DNA of 50,168 nt from Verrucomicrobiota bacterium (GTDB taxonomy: Bacteria; Verrucomicrobiota; Verrucomicrobiia; Opitutales; UBA953), in the NCBI GenBank assembly GCA_037134475.1, contig JBAXMD010000001.1, positions 1-50,168 on the forward strand. The letters are read 5' to 3'. Positions 1 through 9,235 of the stretch are shown one piece after another. The notes under the pieces were generated by a model. The model did no database searches. It saw only the letters and a program-made list of their open reading frames with translations, and was not told the DNA's origin. Numbering within the stretch: position 1 is the stretch's first letter; every line of letters begins with the position of its first letter. A program made the translations under genes and the position numbers.

Positions 1-478
1 CTCCGAATACGGCGTCGGCCTCAATGAGAAGCAGAAGCTTCGCATGATGTACGGCCTGACCGAGAAGCAGTTCCGCCTCTCCTTCGAGCGCGCCAAGCGC
101 ATGGGCGGCGTCGCCGGCGACAATTTCCTCCGCATCCTCGAGACCCGTCTCGATAACGTGGTATTCCGCCTTGGTTTCGCCAATTCCCGCGCCGCTGCTC
201 GTCAGCTCGTGGCCCACGGCCACATCCGCATCAACGGTCACAAGGTCGACGTAGCCAGCTACGCCACCTCACCCGGAGAGAAGATCGAAGTCCGTGACCG
301 CACCTCCTCCAAGCAGCTCGCCACCCGCGCCGTCGAAGAAGGCCAGGGTCGCTCCGCCCCCGCTTGGCTCGTCGTCCTCCCCGAGCAGCTCAATGGACAG
401 ATTGTCCGCGAGCCCGCCAAGGAAGAACTGCCTTCGGACGTCAACGTCCAGATCATCGTCGAATTCTACAGCCGCTGA
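1..478 (+). CDS. rpsD: 30S ribosomal protein S4, 5'-truncated at the window edge (frame of nt 2)
   Basis: Frame-2 translation from nt 2 reads SEYGVGLNEKQKLRMMYGLTEKQFR...RLDNVVFRLGFA...ARQLV.HGHI.ING, the classic S4 S4-domain. It sits directly upstream of rpoA, as in the alpha operon. Confidence 0.9.
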   Translation, partial: SEYGVGLNEKQKLRMMYGLTEKQFRLSFERAKRMGGVAGDNFLRILETRLDNVVFRLGFANSRAAARQLVAHGHIRINGHKVDVASYATSPGEKIEVRDRTSSKQLATRAVEEGQGRSAPAWLVVLPEQLNGQIVREPAKEELPSDVNVQIIVEFYSR

Positions 479-515
479 TCCCAGCACAGAACCAACACCA
501 ACCGGACCCACAGAC

Positions 516-1532
516 ATGACCAAGCGACTCGGACAATTCCAACGCCCCAAGACCCTCAAGAAAGAGGAGTCTTCCGCCACCCCTACCTACGCGAAGTATT
601 TCGCCGAGCCCTTCGAGACCGGTTTCGGTCACACCGTCGGCAACTCGCTCCGCCGCATTCTCCTGAGCTCCATCGAGGGCGCTGCGGTCTCCGCCGTGAC
701 GATCGAAGGCGTGCAGCACGAGTTCCAGCCGATCGAAGGCGTCGTCGAAGACGTCACCGAAATCGTCCTTAACCTCAAGAAGGTGCGCATTCGCACTGAA
801 GCAAACAAGCGCGAGGCGTTCAAGGGCACTATCGACGTCAACAAGACTGGCCCCGTGAAAGCTTCCGACATCAAGTTCGAGACCAAGGGCGCTAGCGTCA
901 CCCTCGTCAATCCTGACCAGGTCATCTGCACGCTTGATCGCAAGCGTCGCTTCTACGCCGATCTCGAAGTCACCGTCGGCCGAAGCTGGGCCTCCGCCGA
1001 AGAGAACAAGAAGGCCGAACAGGCCATCGGTTCCATCCCCGTCGACTCCCTCTTCTCCCCGGTCACCCTGGTGAAGTACTCCGTGGAGTCCACCCGCTCG
1101 GGCGACAAGACCGACTACGATAAGCTCGTCCTCGAAATCTCGACCGACGGCCGCATCACCCCGGACGAAGCCCTCAAGGAAGCGTCGGCGATCCTGCGTC
1201 ACCACCTCGAAGTGTTCGACACCGTCTCCGCCGACTCCGTCGAGTTCGAGACCGGCCACAAGGAAATCAGCGAAGAGACCAATCGTCTCCGCAAGCTGCT
1301 CAACATGTCGGTCAACGAAATCGAGCTCTCCGTCCGCGCCGCCAACTGCCTTAACAACGCCAACATCAACACCGTTGGCGAGCTGGCGATGAAGACCGAG
1401 CAGGAGATGCTCAAGTACCGCAACTTCGGCAAGAAGTCCCTCAATGAGATCAAGGCCAAGCTCGAACAGCTCGGCCTGTCCCTCGGACAGAAGATCAACG
1501 AAGGCCTCCTCGACAAGGGCGTGAACGCCTAA
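516..1532 (+). CDS. rpoA: DNA-directed RNA polymerase subunit alpha
   Basis: Starts MTKRLGQFQRPK...; contains GNSLRRILLSS and a C-terminal helix-hairpin-helix domain (ELSVRAANCLNNANI.TVGEL). The ATG at 516 was chosen; the 294 start in the track is an out-of-context extension overlapping rpsD. Confidence 0.95.
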   Translation: MTKRLGQFQRPKTLKKEESSATPTYAKYFAEPFETGFGHTVGNSLRRILLSSIEGAAVSAVTIEGVQHEFQPIEGVVEDVTEIVLNLKKVRIRTEANKREAFKGTIDVNKTGPVKASDIKFETKGASVTLVNPDQVICTLDRKRRFYADLEVTVGRSWASAEENKKAEQAIGSIPVDSLFSPVTLVKYSVESTRSGDKTDYDKLVLEISTDGRITPDEALKEASAILRHHLEVFDTVSADSVEFETGHKEISEETNRLRKLLNMSVNEIELSVRAANCLNNANINTVGELAMKTEQEMLKYRNFGKKSLNEIKAKLEQLGLSLGQKINEGLLDKGVNA

Positions 1533-1553
1533 TCCAGACCGGAACCCACACTC

Positions 1554-2024
1554 ATGCGTCACCGCAAACACAATCACGTCCTCGGCGTCAAGACGGCCCA
1601 CCGCCGCTCGCTCATCGGTAACCTCGCTTCCGCGCTGTTCACCAACGCCCGCATCACGACGACTCTCTCCCGCGCCAAGGCCCTCCGCCCTTTCGCCGAG
1701 CAGATCATCACCTACGCCAAGAAGGCCGAACAGTCCGCCGACAAGTCGGTGAAGCTGCACTACTACCGCCTGGCTATCGCCAAGCTCCGCAACGAAGACG
1801 CTGCCCAGCTCCTGTTCAAGGAGCGCGTGCAGCAGTTCCTCGGTCGCACCGGCGGCTATACCCGCATCTACAAGCTCAGCGCCCGTAAGGGTGACGCGGC
1901 TGAGACGGCCCTCATCGAACTCGTGGCCAAGGACGATAAGTCCCCCGCCATGACCCCGAAGGCCAAGGTGGCTCGCAAGCCTAAGGCCAAGAAGGAAGCG
2001 GCGGCTGCTTCTGCTCAGGCCTAA
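1554..2024 (+). CDS. rplQ: 50S ribosomal protein L17
   Basis: MRHRKHNHVLGVKTAHRRSL..N....L. is the typical L17 N-terminus. Canonical position after rpoA. Confidence 0.95.
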   Translation: MRHRKHNHVLGVKTAHRRSLIGNLASALFTNARITTTLSRAKALRPFAEQIITYAKKAEQSADKSVKLHYYRLAIAKLRNEDAAQLLFKERVQQFLGRTGGYTRIYKLSARKGDAAETALIELVAKDDKSPAMTPKAKVARKPKAKKEAAAASAQA

Positions 2025-2047
2025 GCTTATCGCCCAGGCTTGAACCC

Positions 2048-2088
2048 GAGACGCGTCCGCCCCCCGGCTGGCGCGTCTCGCCTTTTTA
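2048..2088 (+). terminator. Rho-independent terminator after rplQ
   Basis: GAGACGCG (2048-2055) pairs with CGCGTCTC (2072-2079), with an imperfect stem extension. It is followed by GCCTTTTT (T run 2083-2087). Confidence 0.7.
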
Positions 2089-2105
2089 AACACCCAACGC
2101 CCACC

Positions 2106-2342
2106 ATGCTGCAGTCCGTCGACCTCGCCGTCTTCCTGGCCTTCCTGGCCGGCCTGGGCGCGGTCGTCCTCTTCGGCCTACAGGCCTGGTATGACCGTCG
2201 CGACGTGCTCCTGTCGGATCACCGCCGCATCAATTCCGCCTTTTCCTGCGTCCGCTGCAACGTGACCTATGTCCGCCCTCGCCGCCGCGAGGAGGCCGTC
2301 TGCCCTCGTTGCGGGTGGAACAATGTTCGCCTCAAGTTCTGA
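2106..2342 (+). CDS. Small hypothetical protein (78 aa): one N-terminal TM helix plus a C4 zinc ribbon
   Basis: The ATG at 2106 lies just after the rplQ terminator. Hydrophobic stretch [19 protein letters not shown], then CVRC-N15-CPRC. Ends 20 nt before guaA. I recognise no homology. Confidence 0.45.
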   Translation: MLQSVDLAVFLAFLAGLGAVVLFGLQAWYDRRDVLLSDHRRINSAFSCVRCNVTYVRPRRREEAVCPRCGWNNVRLKF

Positions 2343-2362
2343 ATCCCCCACACTTTTCCACC

Positions 2363-3919
2363 ATGGCCACCCAGTCCATCGCCATTCTTGATTTCGGTTC
2401 GCAGCTGACCAAGGTCATCGCGCGCCGTATTCGCGAGTGCAACGTCCACTCCCGTATCTATCCGTTTGGCGTCACGCCTGAGACCCTTCGCGCCGACGGC
2501 GTGGTGGGCATCATCCTCTCTGGCGGTCCGGACAGCGTTAAGGCCAAGGGCTCGCCCCACCCGCACACCGGCGTGTTCGAGATGGGCCTGCCCGTGCTCG
2601 GCATCTGCTACGGCGTCCAGCTCATGGGCCAGATGCTCGGCGGCAACGTCGCCAGCAGCACCCATCGCGAGTACGGCCACGGCACGCTTTCCTTCGGCAA
2701 GGGCTCCCAGCTCCTGCAGGGACTGAAGTCCCCGCTGCGCATCTGGAACTCGCACGGCGATAAGATCACCCGTCTCCCGCGGGGCTTCAAGGCCGTCGCC
2801 TCGACTGAGAACTCCGAGTGCGCGGTCATCGAGGATCCCAAGCGCCGCTTTTACGGTATTCAGTTCCACCCCGAGGTCGCCCACTCCGAGCGCGGCATCG
2901 ACATCCTCCGTAACTTTCTCTTCCGCATCTGCCGCTGCAAGCCGACCTGGAAGATGGACGACTACGTCGAGACGGCCGTCCGCGAGATCCGCGAGAAAGT
3001 CGGCAAGTCTCAGGTCATCCTCGGCCTCTCTGGCGGCGTGGATTCCTCCGTGGCGGCCGCCCTCATCCAGCGCGCCATCGGTAAGCAGCTGACCTGTGTC
3101 TTCGTCGACAACGGCCTACTCCGTCTCAACGAACGCGCCCAAGTCGAGAAGATGTTCCGCGGCAAGTTCAAGGTGGACCTCCGTGTCGTCGACGCCTCCG
3201 CGGTCTTCCTGCGTAAGCTCAAGGGCGTCACCGACCCCGAGCGCAAGCGCAAGATCATCGGCCACGAATTCATCAAGGTCTTCGAACGTTCCATCGCCGA
3301 GGTCCAGCGCACGAAGAAGGGCAAGGTCGATTTCCTCGCTCAGGGCACGCTCTACCCCGATGTTATTGAGTCCCTTTCGCCCAACGGCGGACCGGCCGCC
3401 ACAATCAAGAGCCACCACAATGTGGGCGGCCTGCCGAAGCACATGAAGCTGAAGCTGCTCGAGCCCCTCCGCGAACTCTTCAAGGACGAGGTCCGGGCTC
3501 TCGGCGAAGCCCTCGGCTTGCCGCATGAGATGGTCTGGCGCCACCCGTTCCCGGGCCCTGGCCTTGCCGTCCGTGTCTGCGGAGAAATCACCAAGGAGCG
3601 CCTCGAGGTACTTCGTAAGGCCGACGACATTTTCATCAACGAGCTCCGCACCTCTGGCCAGTACGCCAAGGTCTGGCAGGCCTTCGCGGTCTTCCTGCCG
3701 GTGCGCAGCGTCGGCGTGATGGGCGATGGTCGTACCTACGATAACGTCTGCGCCCTCCGCGCGGTGACTTCTTCCGACGCGATGACCGCCGACTGGGCCC
3801 GACTGCCGTACGACGTACTGCAGCGCGCCTCGACCCGCATCATCAACGAAGTGAAGGGCATCAACCGCGTGGTGTACGACGTCTCGTCCAAGCCGCCGGC
3901 GACCATCGAATGGGAATAA
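2363..3919 (+). CDS. guaA: GMP synthase (glutamine-hydrolysing)
   Basis: GATase domain (ILDFGSQ..., GICYG.Q, FHPE), ATP-PPase SGGVDSSV P-loop and C-terminal dimerisation domain ending PPATIEWE. The ATG at 2363 was chosen. Confidence 0.95.
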   Translation: MATQSIAILDFGSQLTKVIARRIRECNVHSRIYPFGVTPETLRADGVVGIILSGGPDSVKAKGSPHPHTGVFEMGLPVLGICYGVQLMGQMLGGNVASSTHREYGHGTLSFGKGSQLLQGLKSPLRIWNSHGDKITRLPRGFKAVASTENSECAVIEDPKRRFYGIQFHPEVAHSERGIDILRNFLFRICRCKPTWKMDDYVETAVREIREKVGKSQVILGLSGGVDSSVAAALIQRAIGKQLTCVFVDNGLLRLNERAQVEKMFRGKFKVDLRVVDASAVFLRKLKGVTDPERKRKIIGHEFIKVFERSIAEVQRTKKGKVDFLAQGTLYPDVIESLSPNGGPAATIKSHHNVGGLPKHMKLKLLEPLRELFKDEVRALGEALGLPHEMVWRHPFPGPGLAVRVCGEITKERLEVLRKADDIFINELRTSGQYAKVWQAFAVFLPVRSVGVMGDGRTYDNVCALRAVTSSDAMTADWARLPYDVLQRASTRIINEVKGINRVVYDVSSKPPATIEWE

Positions 3920-3965
3920 ACCGGGCTTTGCCCCGTTGACACCCCTTCGGCCCGACCTTACCTAG

Positions 3966-5513
3966 TTGCCAGTGTCTGAACCCGGCTTCCAGGTCATTGC
4001 GCGCCGCTGGCGCCCCCGTTGCTTCGATGAACTCGTCGGGCAGGAGCATATCGTCAGGACCCTCCGCAATGCGCTCGAGACGAAGCGTATGGCACACGCC
4101 TACCTTTTTATCGGTCCACGTGGCACCGGTAAGACGACGACCGCCCGCATCTTGGCCAAGGCCCTGAACTGTGCCGGCGGCCCCAAGCCGGATTTTTCCC
4201 TCGAAGATCCGGTCTGCCTAGCGATCGAGAAGGGCAACTGCCTTGACGTGATCGAAATCGACGCTGCTTCCAATCGCAGCATCGACGACGCCAAGAAGAT
4301 CCGCGACGAGTGCCAGTACGCCCCGAACAATTGTCCGTTCAAGGTGTTCATCATCGACGAAGTCCACCAGCTTTCGAAGGACGCCTTCAACGCTCTCCTC
4401 AAGACGCTCGAAGAGCCGCCGCCCTGGGTTAAGTTCATCCTGGCGACGACCGAGGCGGACAAGATCCTGCCGACCATCACTTCCCGCTGCCAGCGTCTGG
4501 AGTTCCATCCGATCTCGGAGGAAGTCATCGCCGCCCAGCTCGCTCGCATCGTCAAAGCCGACGGCGTCACGGCCGACCAGCACGCCCTCACGGCCATCGC
4601 TCGCCTCGCCTCTGGCGGGATGCGCGATTCGCAATCTATCCTAGACCAGGTGATTTCCTTCTCCGGTAAGAAAATCACCGAAGCCGACGTGCTTTCCATT
4701 TACGGCCTCGCCTCCGTCCAGCAGGTCACCGATCTCTGCCACGGCATCGCCACGTGCGATGGTAAGAAGGTCCTCGCGCTTTGTGATGCCTTCCATGCCG
4801 AAGGACGCGACCTGCTCCGCGTGCTCGCCGACCTCCAAGTCCGCGTCCGTGCCGCCACCCTTGATTCGGTCCGCTCCGGTGGTTCTTCCGCTCAACTCGG
4901 CGCCCCGCTCGCGACCGAGCAACTCGTTCGTCTCCTGGAATGCCTGCAGGAAGGGGAGACCGGTATCCGCCATGGACTCTCACCACGGGCCAACTTCGAG
5001 GTGACGCTGCTCAAGGCGATCGAGCAAAGTAGGTCGCGATCGATAGATCTACTCATCAAAGACATCGCCGCCGCCGCAGCTGGTCTCCCTCGGGAGCCCG
5101 GCCAAAAAAAAATAAGGACCACGGCGGCCGCACCGACGTCGCCTGAGCCGATTGCGGTCGCGCCCGACGTCGAGCCTGCTCCGGCCGTTGCTCCCACGCC
5201 TTCGCGCGTCGTGGACGTCCCGATTGAAGACTCGGGCACCCTTGAGGAATCCCTGCCGCCCTTGGACGTCGACGCCGCCGAGGCCGAAGCCAGTAATTCC
5301 GACCGTCGAGCCGACTTCGTCTTCCCTGAGGCCGCCCTCGCCAGCCTGCCGGTCGCTGAAGTCGGCAAGACCGCTTTCCCTGGCGAAAAGGAATTCGTCG
5401 AAGCGGTGAATGCGCTGCCGCCCGGGCTTAAGGATAAATTGAAGGATACCATCGGGGCGGACTTCACGGCCCTGCGTCCAATCCCGGCGGGCAAGCTGCG
5501 TCGTCCGCTCTGA
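3966..5513 (+). CDS. dnaX: DNA polymerase III subunit tau/gamma
   Basis: ARRWRPRCFDELVGQEHIV, Walker A GPRGTGKTT, DEVH box IIDEVHQLS and SRC motif TITSRCQ. The Pro/Ala-rich C-terminal region resembles tau. TTG start at 3966; a GTG at 3972 is also possible. Confidence 0.9.
   Translation: MPVSEPGFQVIARRWRPRCFDELVGQEHIVRTLRNALETKRMAHAYLFIGPRGTGKTTTARILAKALNCAGGPKPDFSLEDPVCLAIEKGNCLDVIEIDAASNRSIDDAKKIRDECQYAPNNCPFKVFIIDEVHQLSKDAFNALLKTLEEPPPWVKFILATTEADKILPTITSRCQRLEFHPISEEVIAAQLARIVKADGVTADQHALTAIARLASGGMRDSQSILDQVISFSGKKITEADVLSIYGLASVQQVTDLCHGIATCDGKKVLALCDAFHAEGRDLLRVLADLQVRVRAATLDSVRSGGSSAQLGAPLATEQLVRLLECLQEGETGIRHGLSPRANFEVTLLKAIEQSRSRSIDLLIKDIAAAAAGLPREPGQKKIRTTAAAPTSPEPIAVAPDVEPAPAVAPTPSRVVDVPIEDSGTLEESLPPLDVDAAEAEASNSDRRADFVFPEAALASLPVAEVGKTAFPGEKEFVEAVNALPPGLKDKLKDTIGADFTALRPIPAGKLRRPL
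5104..5112 (+). other. A9 homopolymer inside dnaX, a candidate transcriptional-slippage or frameshift site for a gamma-like product
   Basis: Reading GGC CAA AAA AAA ATA AGG, there are nine consecutive A at codons 380-383 of dnaX. With 8 A the frame reads TAA immediately. With 10 A the frame reads NKDHGGRTDVA then TGA. Confidence 0.5.
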
Positions 5514-5515
5514 CC

Positions 5516-5974
5516 GTGGCGCCGTCGACCGAAATCGGCGTCATCTCCGACACCCACGGTCGGCTTCGTGCCGAAGCGCTCATCGCCCTGGAGGGCTGCG
5601 ACGTAATCTTCCACGCCGGCGACGTCTGTGGTCCGCTGATCATCCCGCAACTTGCCGAGCTCGCCCCGTGTCATGTCGTCGCGGGTAATTGCGATGACGA
5701 CGAGTCACTCCCGTTGACCGTCCTGCAGGTCGTCGCCGGGCTGCGGATCCTGATGCATCACGGACATCTGCCGGTGGCCGAGGCCGCGTTCCGGCCTGAT
5801 ATCGTGGTCACCGGACATACGCATGTCCCGAAGACCGAACAAGATGGCGCGGTGCTGCGACTCAACCCAGGCAGTGCCGGGCCTCGCCGCTTTAATCTTC
5901 CCGTGACAGTCGCCCGGATTACGGTGCGGGAGGGCAGGGCGAGCGTCCGCCTCATCCCTCTCGACGTGACATGA
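5516..5974 (+). CDS. Metallophosphoesterase, YfcE/MJ0936 family
   Basis: Motifs in the canonical order: SDTHG, AGDV, AGNCD, HHGH, TGHTH. The GTG start is 2 nt after the dnaX stop, and the stop overlaps the hrpB start (ATGA at 5971). Confidence 0.75.
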   Translation: MAPSTEIGVISDTHGRLRAEALIALEGCDVIFHAGDVCGPLIIPQLAELAPCHVVAGNCDDDESLPLTVLQVVAGLRILMHHGHLPVAEAAFRPDIVVTGHTHVPKTEQDGAVLRLNPGSAGPRRFNLPVTVARITVREGRASVRLIPLDVT

Positions 5975-8502
5975 AGCAACCCCTGCCCATCGATACCCTC
6001 CAAGACGGCTTGGTCGCCGCTTGCGGTCGCGTGCGCAGGCTGGTGCTGCGCGCTCCTACGGGCTCTGGTAAGTCGACGCGCATCCCCCAGATGCTCTTGG
6101 ACCTGAATCTCGTGCAGGGCCAGATTGTCGTCCTCCAGCCTCGCCGTATCGCCGCCCGCTTGCTGGCTGCGCGCATCGCCCAGGAACGCGAGGTACGTCT
6201 CGGCGGTGAAGTCGGCTACCAGATCCGCTTCGAACGGGTGGAGTCCGCCCAGACGCGCATCAAGTTCGTGACCGAGGCTCTTCTGCTCCGCCAGATGGCA
6301 TCAGACCCGGAACTCAAGGGCGTGGGCGCGGTGGTCTTTGACGAGTTCCACGAACGTAACCTGCACTCCGACGTCGCCTTGGCTCTCGCCCGCCGCCTCC
6401 AGGAGACGCATCGCCCGGACCTACTGATCATGGCGATGTCCGCGACGCTCGATACCGAAGCCGTGGCGAAGTGGCTCGGGTCGGCCGAAACCTTGGCCGC
6501 CGACGGACGCGCCTATCCCGTCCAGATCGAGTATACCCACATGCCCCGCAATTCGACCCGGCCCATCTGGGATGCCGCGGCGGAACAGGTCCGACGCGTC
6601 CTGCAGGAGGAGGACGAAGGCGACATCCTGGTCTTCATGCCGGGATCATACGAAATTATGCGCACCATCGGAGCGGTGCGGAATCTTCCCGAGTCCGGCG
6701 GCGTCGATATCCTCCCGCTCTACGGCGAGCTGCCTCCCGAAGAGCAGGATCGCGCCGTCAAGCCGAGCCCCGGCCGTAAGGTCATCGTGGCGACCAACGT
6801 CGCCGAGACCTCGCTGACCATTCCCGGCGTCCGTGCAGTGGTCGACGCCGGCCTCGCCCGCATCGCCCGCTTCGACCCGCATCGCGGCATCGACACCTTA
6901 TTGGTCGAGCCGGTCTCACAGGCGTCCGCCGAGCAGCGTGCCGGGCGCGCCGGCCGAACCGGCCCTGGCCGCTGCATCCGACTTTGGTCGCAGACGGACC
7001 ACGAAGCCCGGCCACTCCGCGAAGTCCCCGAGATCAAGCGCGTCGATCTCTCCGAGACGATCCTGCTGCTGCTCTCTTCCGGCTGGGGCGATGCCGCATC
7101 TTTCCCTTGGTATGAGAAGCCCGATGATAAGGCCCTGCAGCGCGCGTTGACCGTGCTGGCGGACCTCGGGGCTGTCGATACGCAGGGCAAGCTCACGCCG
7201 ATCGGGCGACGCATGTCCGTCTTCCCGGCGCATCCGCGCTATGCACGCATGCTGCTCGCCGCGGGTGAACTCGATTGCGTCTTTGAAGTCTGCCGCATCG
7301 CCGGCCTCGCCCAAGGGCGCGATATCCTTTTCCGCAAGGTGGACGACCGCACCGAGAACGCCCGTGACTCCGTCGAGCAGGAAGATGGCTCCGACTTCTT
7401 TCCGCGGCTCGCTTTACTGCAGCAAGCGATCGACCTCAAGTTCGACGCCGACGCTTGCGATCGCTTCGGCGTGCACGGCCAGGCCGCCCGCCAGGCCGAT
7501 CAGGCCGCCCGTCAGTTTCTCCGCCTCGCTGAAGGGCAGGGCCTCCCCGTTAGCGACCGTATCGCCGACCCCGCTGCTATCCGCCGCTGCCTGCTGCTGG
7601 GCTTCTCTGATCGCCTCGCCGTCCGGCTCGACGCCGGCACGCTTCGCTGCGCCTTGGTGCACGGGCGTACTGGCGAGCTCCGTCGCGAGTCTTCTATCCG
7701 TAACGCCAAGCTGCTGGTCGCCGCCGAAGTCGACGAAATTCAGGCGCGCGGTGGCGTGACGACCTATCTCTCCTTGGCGACTGCGATCGAGGAGTCCTGG
7801 TTGCAGGAGCTATTCCCCTCCGAGTTCTCGACGGTCAACCACGTGCGCTATGATGCCACGCAGCGGAGGGTCGTCACCCGCGTCGAGCGCCGCTTCCGCG
7901 ATCTGGTGCTCGAGGCCAAGGAGCGCGACGATGCCCCGTCCGACGCCGCTAGCCGTATCTTGGCCGAGGAAGTCGCCGCTGGCCGGCTCGAACTCGAGAA
8001 GTGGGACGCCCCCGTCGACGCTTGGATTCGGCGTGTCAACTTCCTCTCAAAGCATTGCCCGGAACTGGGTATCCCCGTCTTCGATGACGCCGCTCGGCGC
8101 ATGGTGATCGAAGAAGTCTGTACCGGAGCCGTCGCCTATCGCGATATCCGGGATCGTCCCGTCTTCGGCGTCGTCCGCGGCTGGCTGACGCACGAGCAGG
8201 CGATGGCGCTCGATTCCTATTGTCCGGAGAAAATCATCCTACCTCGGAAGAAGCATCCCGCCCGCATCGAATACACCGCCGACGGCCAGGCGGAGGTCGA
8301 GGCCACGGTGCAGGAGCTTTATGATTTTCCGGGCAGCAAACTGCGGGTGTGCCTCGGCAAGGTGCCGATGGTCATCTGCATCCAGTCGCCCGCCCGCCGC
8401 ACGCAGCAGCGCACCACCGACCTCGACGCCTTCTGGAAGGGTTCCTACGAAGGCGTGAAGAAGGAACTACGTGGGCGTTATCCTAGACACGAATGGCGCT
8501 GA
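5971..8502 (+). CDS. hrpB: ATP-dependent DEAH-box helicase HrpB
   Basis: Walker A APTGSGKST, DEFHER box, SAT motif, QRAGRAGR motif VI; an 843-aa length with a long C-terminal extension is typical of HrpB. Confidence 0.85.
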   Translation: MKQPLPIDTLQDGLVAACGRVRRLVLRAPTGSGKSTRIPQMLLDLNLVQGQIVVLQPRRIAARLLAARIAQEREVRLGGEVGYQIRFERVESAQTRIKFVTEALLLRQMASDPELKGVGAVVFDEFHERNLHSDVALALARRLQETHRPDLLIMAMSATLDTEAVAKWLGSAETLAADGRAYPVQIEYTHMPRNSTRPIWDAAAEQVRRVLQEEDEGDILVFMPGSYEIMRTIGAVRNLPESGGVDILPLYGELPPEEQDRAVKPSPGRKVIVATNVAETSLTIPGVRAVVDAGLARIARFDPHRGIDTLLVEPVSQASAEQRAGRAGRTGPGRCIRLWSQTDHEARPLREVPEIKRVDLSETILLLLSSGWGDAASFPWYEKPDDKALQRALTVLADLGAVDTQGKLTPIGRRMSVFPAHPRYARMLLAAGELDCVFEVCRIAGLAQGRDILFRKVDDRTENARDSVEQEDGSDFFPRLALLQQAIDLKFDADACDRFGVHGQAARQADQAARQFLRLAEGQGLPVSDRIADPAAIRRCLLLGFSDRLAVRLDAGTLRCALVHGRTGELRRESSIRNAKLLVAAEVDEIQARGGVTTYLSLATAIEESWLQELFPSEFSTVNHVRYDATQRRVVTRVERRFRDLVLEAKERDDAPSDAASRILAEEVAAGRLELEKWDAPVDAWIRRVNFLSKHCPELGIPVFDDAARRMVIEEVCTGAVAYRDIRDRPVFGVVRGWLTHEQAMALDSYCPEKIILPRKKHPARIEYTADGQAEVEATVQELYDFPGSKLRVCLGKVPMVICIQSPARRTQQRTTDLDAFWKGSYEGVKKELRGRYPRHEWR

Positions 8503-8506
8503 ACCC

Positions 8507-9187
8507 ATGAGCACCTCTTCCGCGCCTTGGTCATCGGTCCCCATCCACGTCATCGACTTCGAGGGCAGTGCGCGCACCGGCGTTATCGAGTTTGGGGTGG
8601 CCACGATTCTGGGCGGCGAAATCGTCTCCGCCTCGACGCGCCTGCATGCGTCGCGCGTTCCCGTGCCCGCGATCGACACCCAGTGCCACGGTCTGGGCGC
8701 CAAGGACCTGAAGGGGCTGCCGCCGTTCGAGTCCGAGTGGGATCAGTGGGTCTCCCTTCGCCGCACCGGCCTGCTCGCGGCGCATAACGCCACCGTCGAA
8801 TCAGGGCTCTTGCGCGGCACCTGGTTGCGCCCCTCCGCCGTGCCGTCATTCGTCGGCGAGGAAGCCTCCGTTGCCGAATGGGGGCCGTGGATCGATACTT
8901 GCCGGCTCGCCCGGGCCTGGGCCCCCAGCTTGGGTGACTTCCGCCTCTCGTCCTTGGTCACGATCCTCCGCCTGACCCCGCGCCTCGATGCGCTGGCCGC
9001 GGAGCATTGTCCGCCCCACCGCCGACGGTATCACTGTGCGTTATACGATGCCTTAGCTGCGGCCTTGGTCTTGCGGGCTCTCTGTGGGTTGGAAGGGCGT
9101 TCGTCCGCCCCCCTCTCGCAGCTGGTCCGTGACAGCGTGTCGGCCCCGGCCGCCGATGACCTGATGCAAGGCGAGCTTGGGCTATAG
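8507..9187 (+). CDS. DnaQ-like DEDDh 3'-5' exonuclease domain protein
   Basis: ExoI VIDFEGS; ExoII-like LLAAHNATVESGLL (E where D is usual); ExoIII HCALYDALAAA (H-x4-D). The ATG at 8507 is 4 nt after the hrpB stop. Confidence 0.6.
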   Translation: MSTSSAPWSSVPIHVIDFEGSARTGVIEFGVATILGGEIVSASTRLHASRVPVPAIDTQCHGLGAKDLKGLPPFESEWDQWVSLRRTGLLAAHNATVESGLLRGTWLRPSAVPSFVGEEASVAEWGPWIDTCRLARAWAPSLGDFRLSSLVTILRLTPRLDALAAEHCPPHRRRYHCALYDALAAALVLRALCGLEGRSSAPLSQLVRDSVSAPAADDLMQGELGL

Positions 9188-9235
9188 TTTCCGCTTCACT
9201 CCGAGGGGTGAGCCTAACTAGATAGGCGTCCCTCT

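Noticed and set aside
294-515. N-terminal extensions offered by the ORF track: rpoA from 294, guaA from 2309, nusG from 25365, M48 peptidase from 40910, recN from 47622, MFS from 11318, exonuclease from 8471 and rpsU to 17842.
   Set aside because: The extensions overlap the upstream gene or encode Pro/Ser/Arg-rich junk. In each case an internal ATG gives the canonical family N-terminus and a sensible intergenic or coupled junction.
453-2093. 546-aa reverse-strand ORF antisense to rpoA/rplQ. Similar long antisense ORFs occur at 15295..17331(-), 17861..18637(-), 18782..19786(-), 20510..21712(-), 23844..25142(-), 28488..30809(-), 32285..33934(-), 34649..35728(-), 36732..37901(-), 39064..40032(-), 43883..45025(-) and 45965..46852(+).
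   Set aside because: All lie opposite unmistakable conserved genes (rpoA, glnN, smc, tuf, rpoB, rpoC and others). Their translations are low-complexity Gly/Ala/Arg/Asp/Val-rich strings typical of stop-poor shadow frames in high-GC DNA. No independent motif supports them.
5020-5062. Cluster of short palindromes (CGATCG, AGATCT, AGTAG...CTACT) inside dnaX, about 50 nt upstream of the A9 run. Considered as a frameshift-stimulating structure.
   Set aside because: It lies upstream rather than downstream of the slippery run. The stems are only 5-6 bp, and the sequence is simply a run of restriction-site-like palindromes encoding SRSRSIDLLI. There is no evidence of function.
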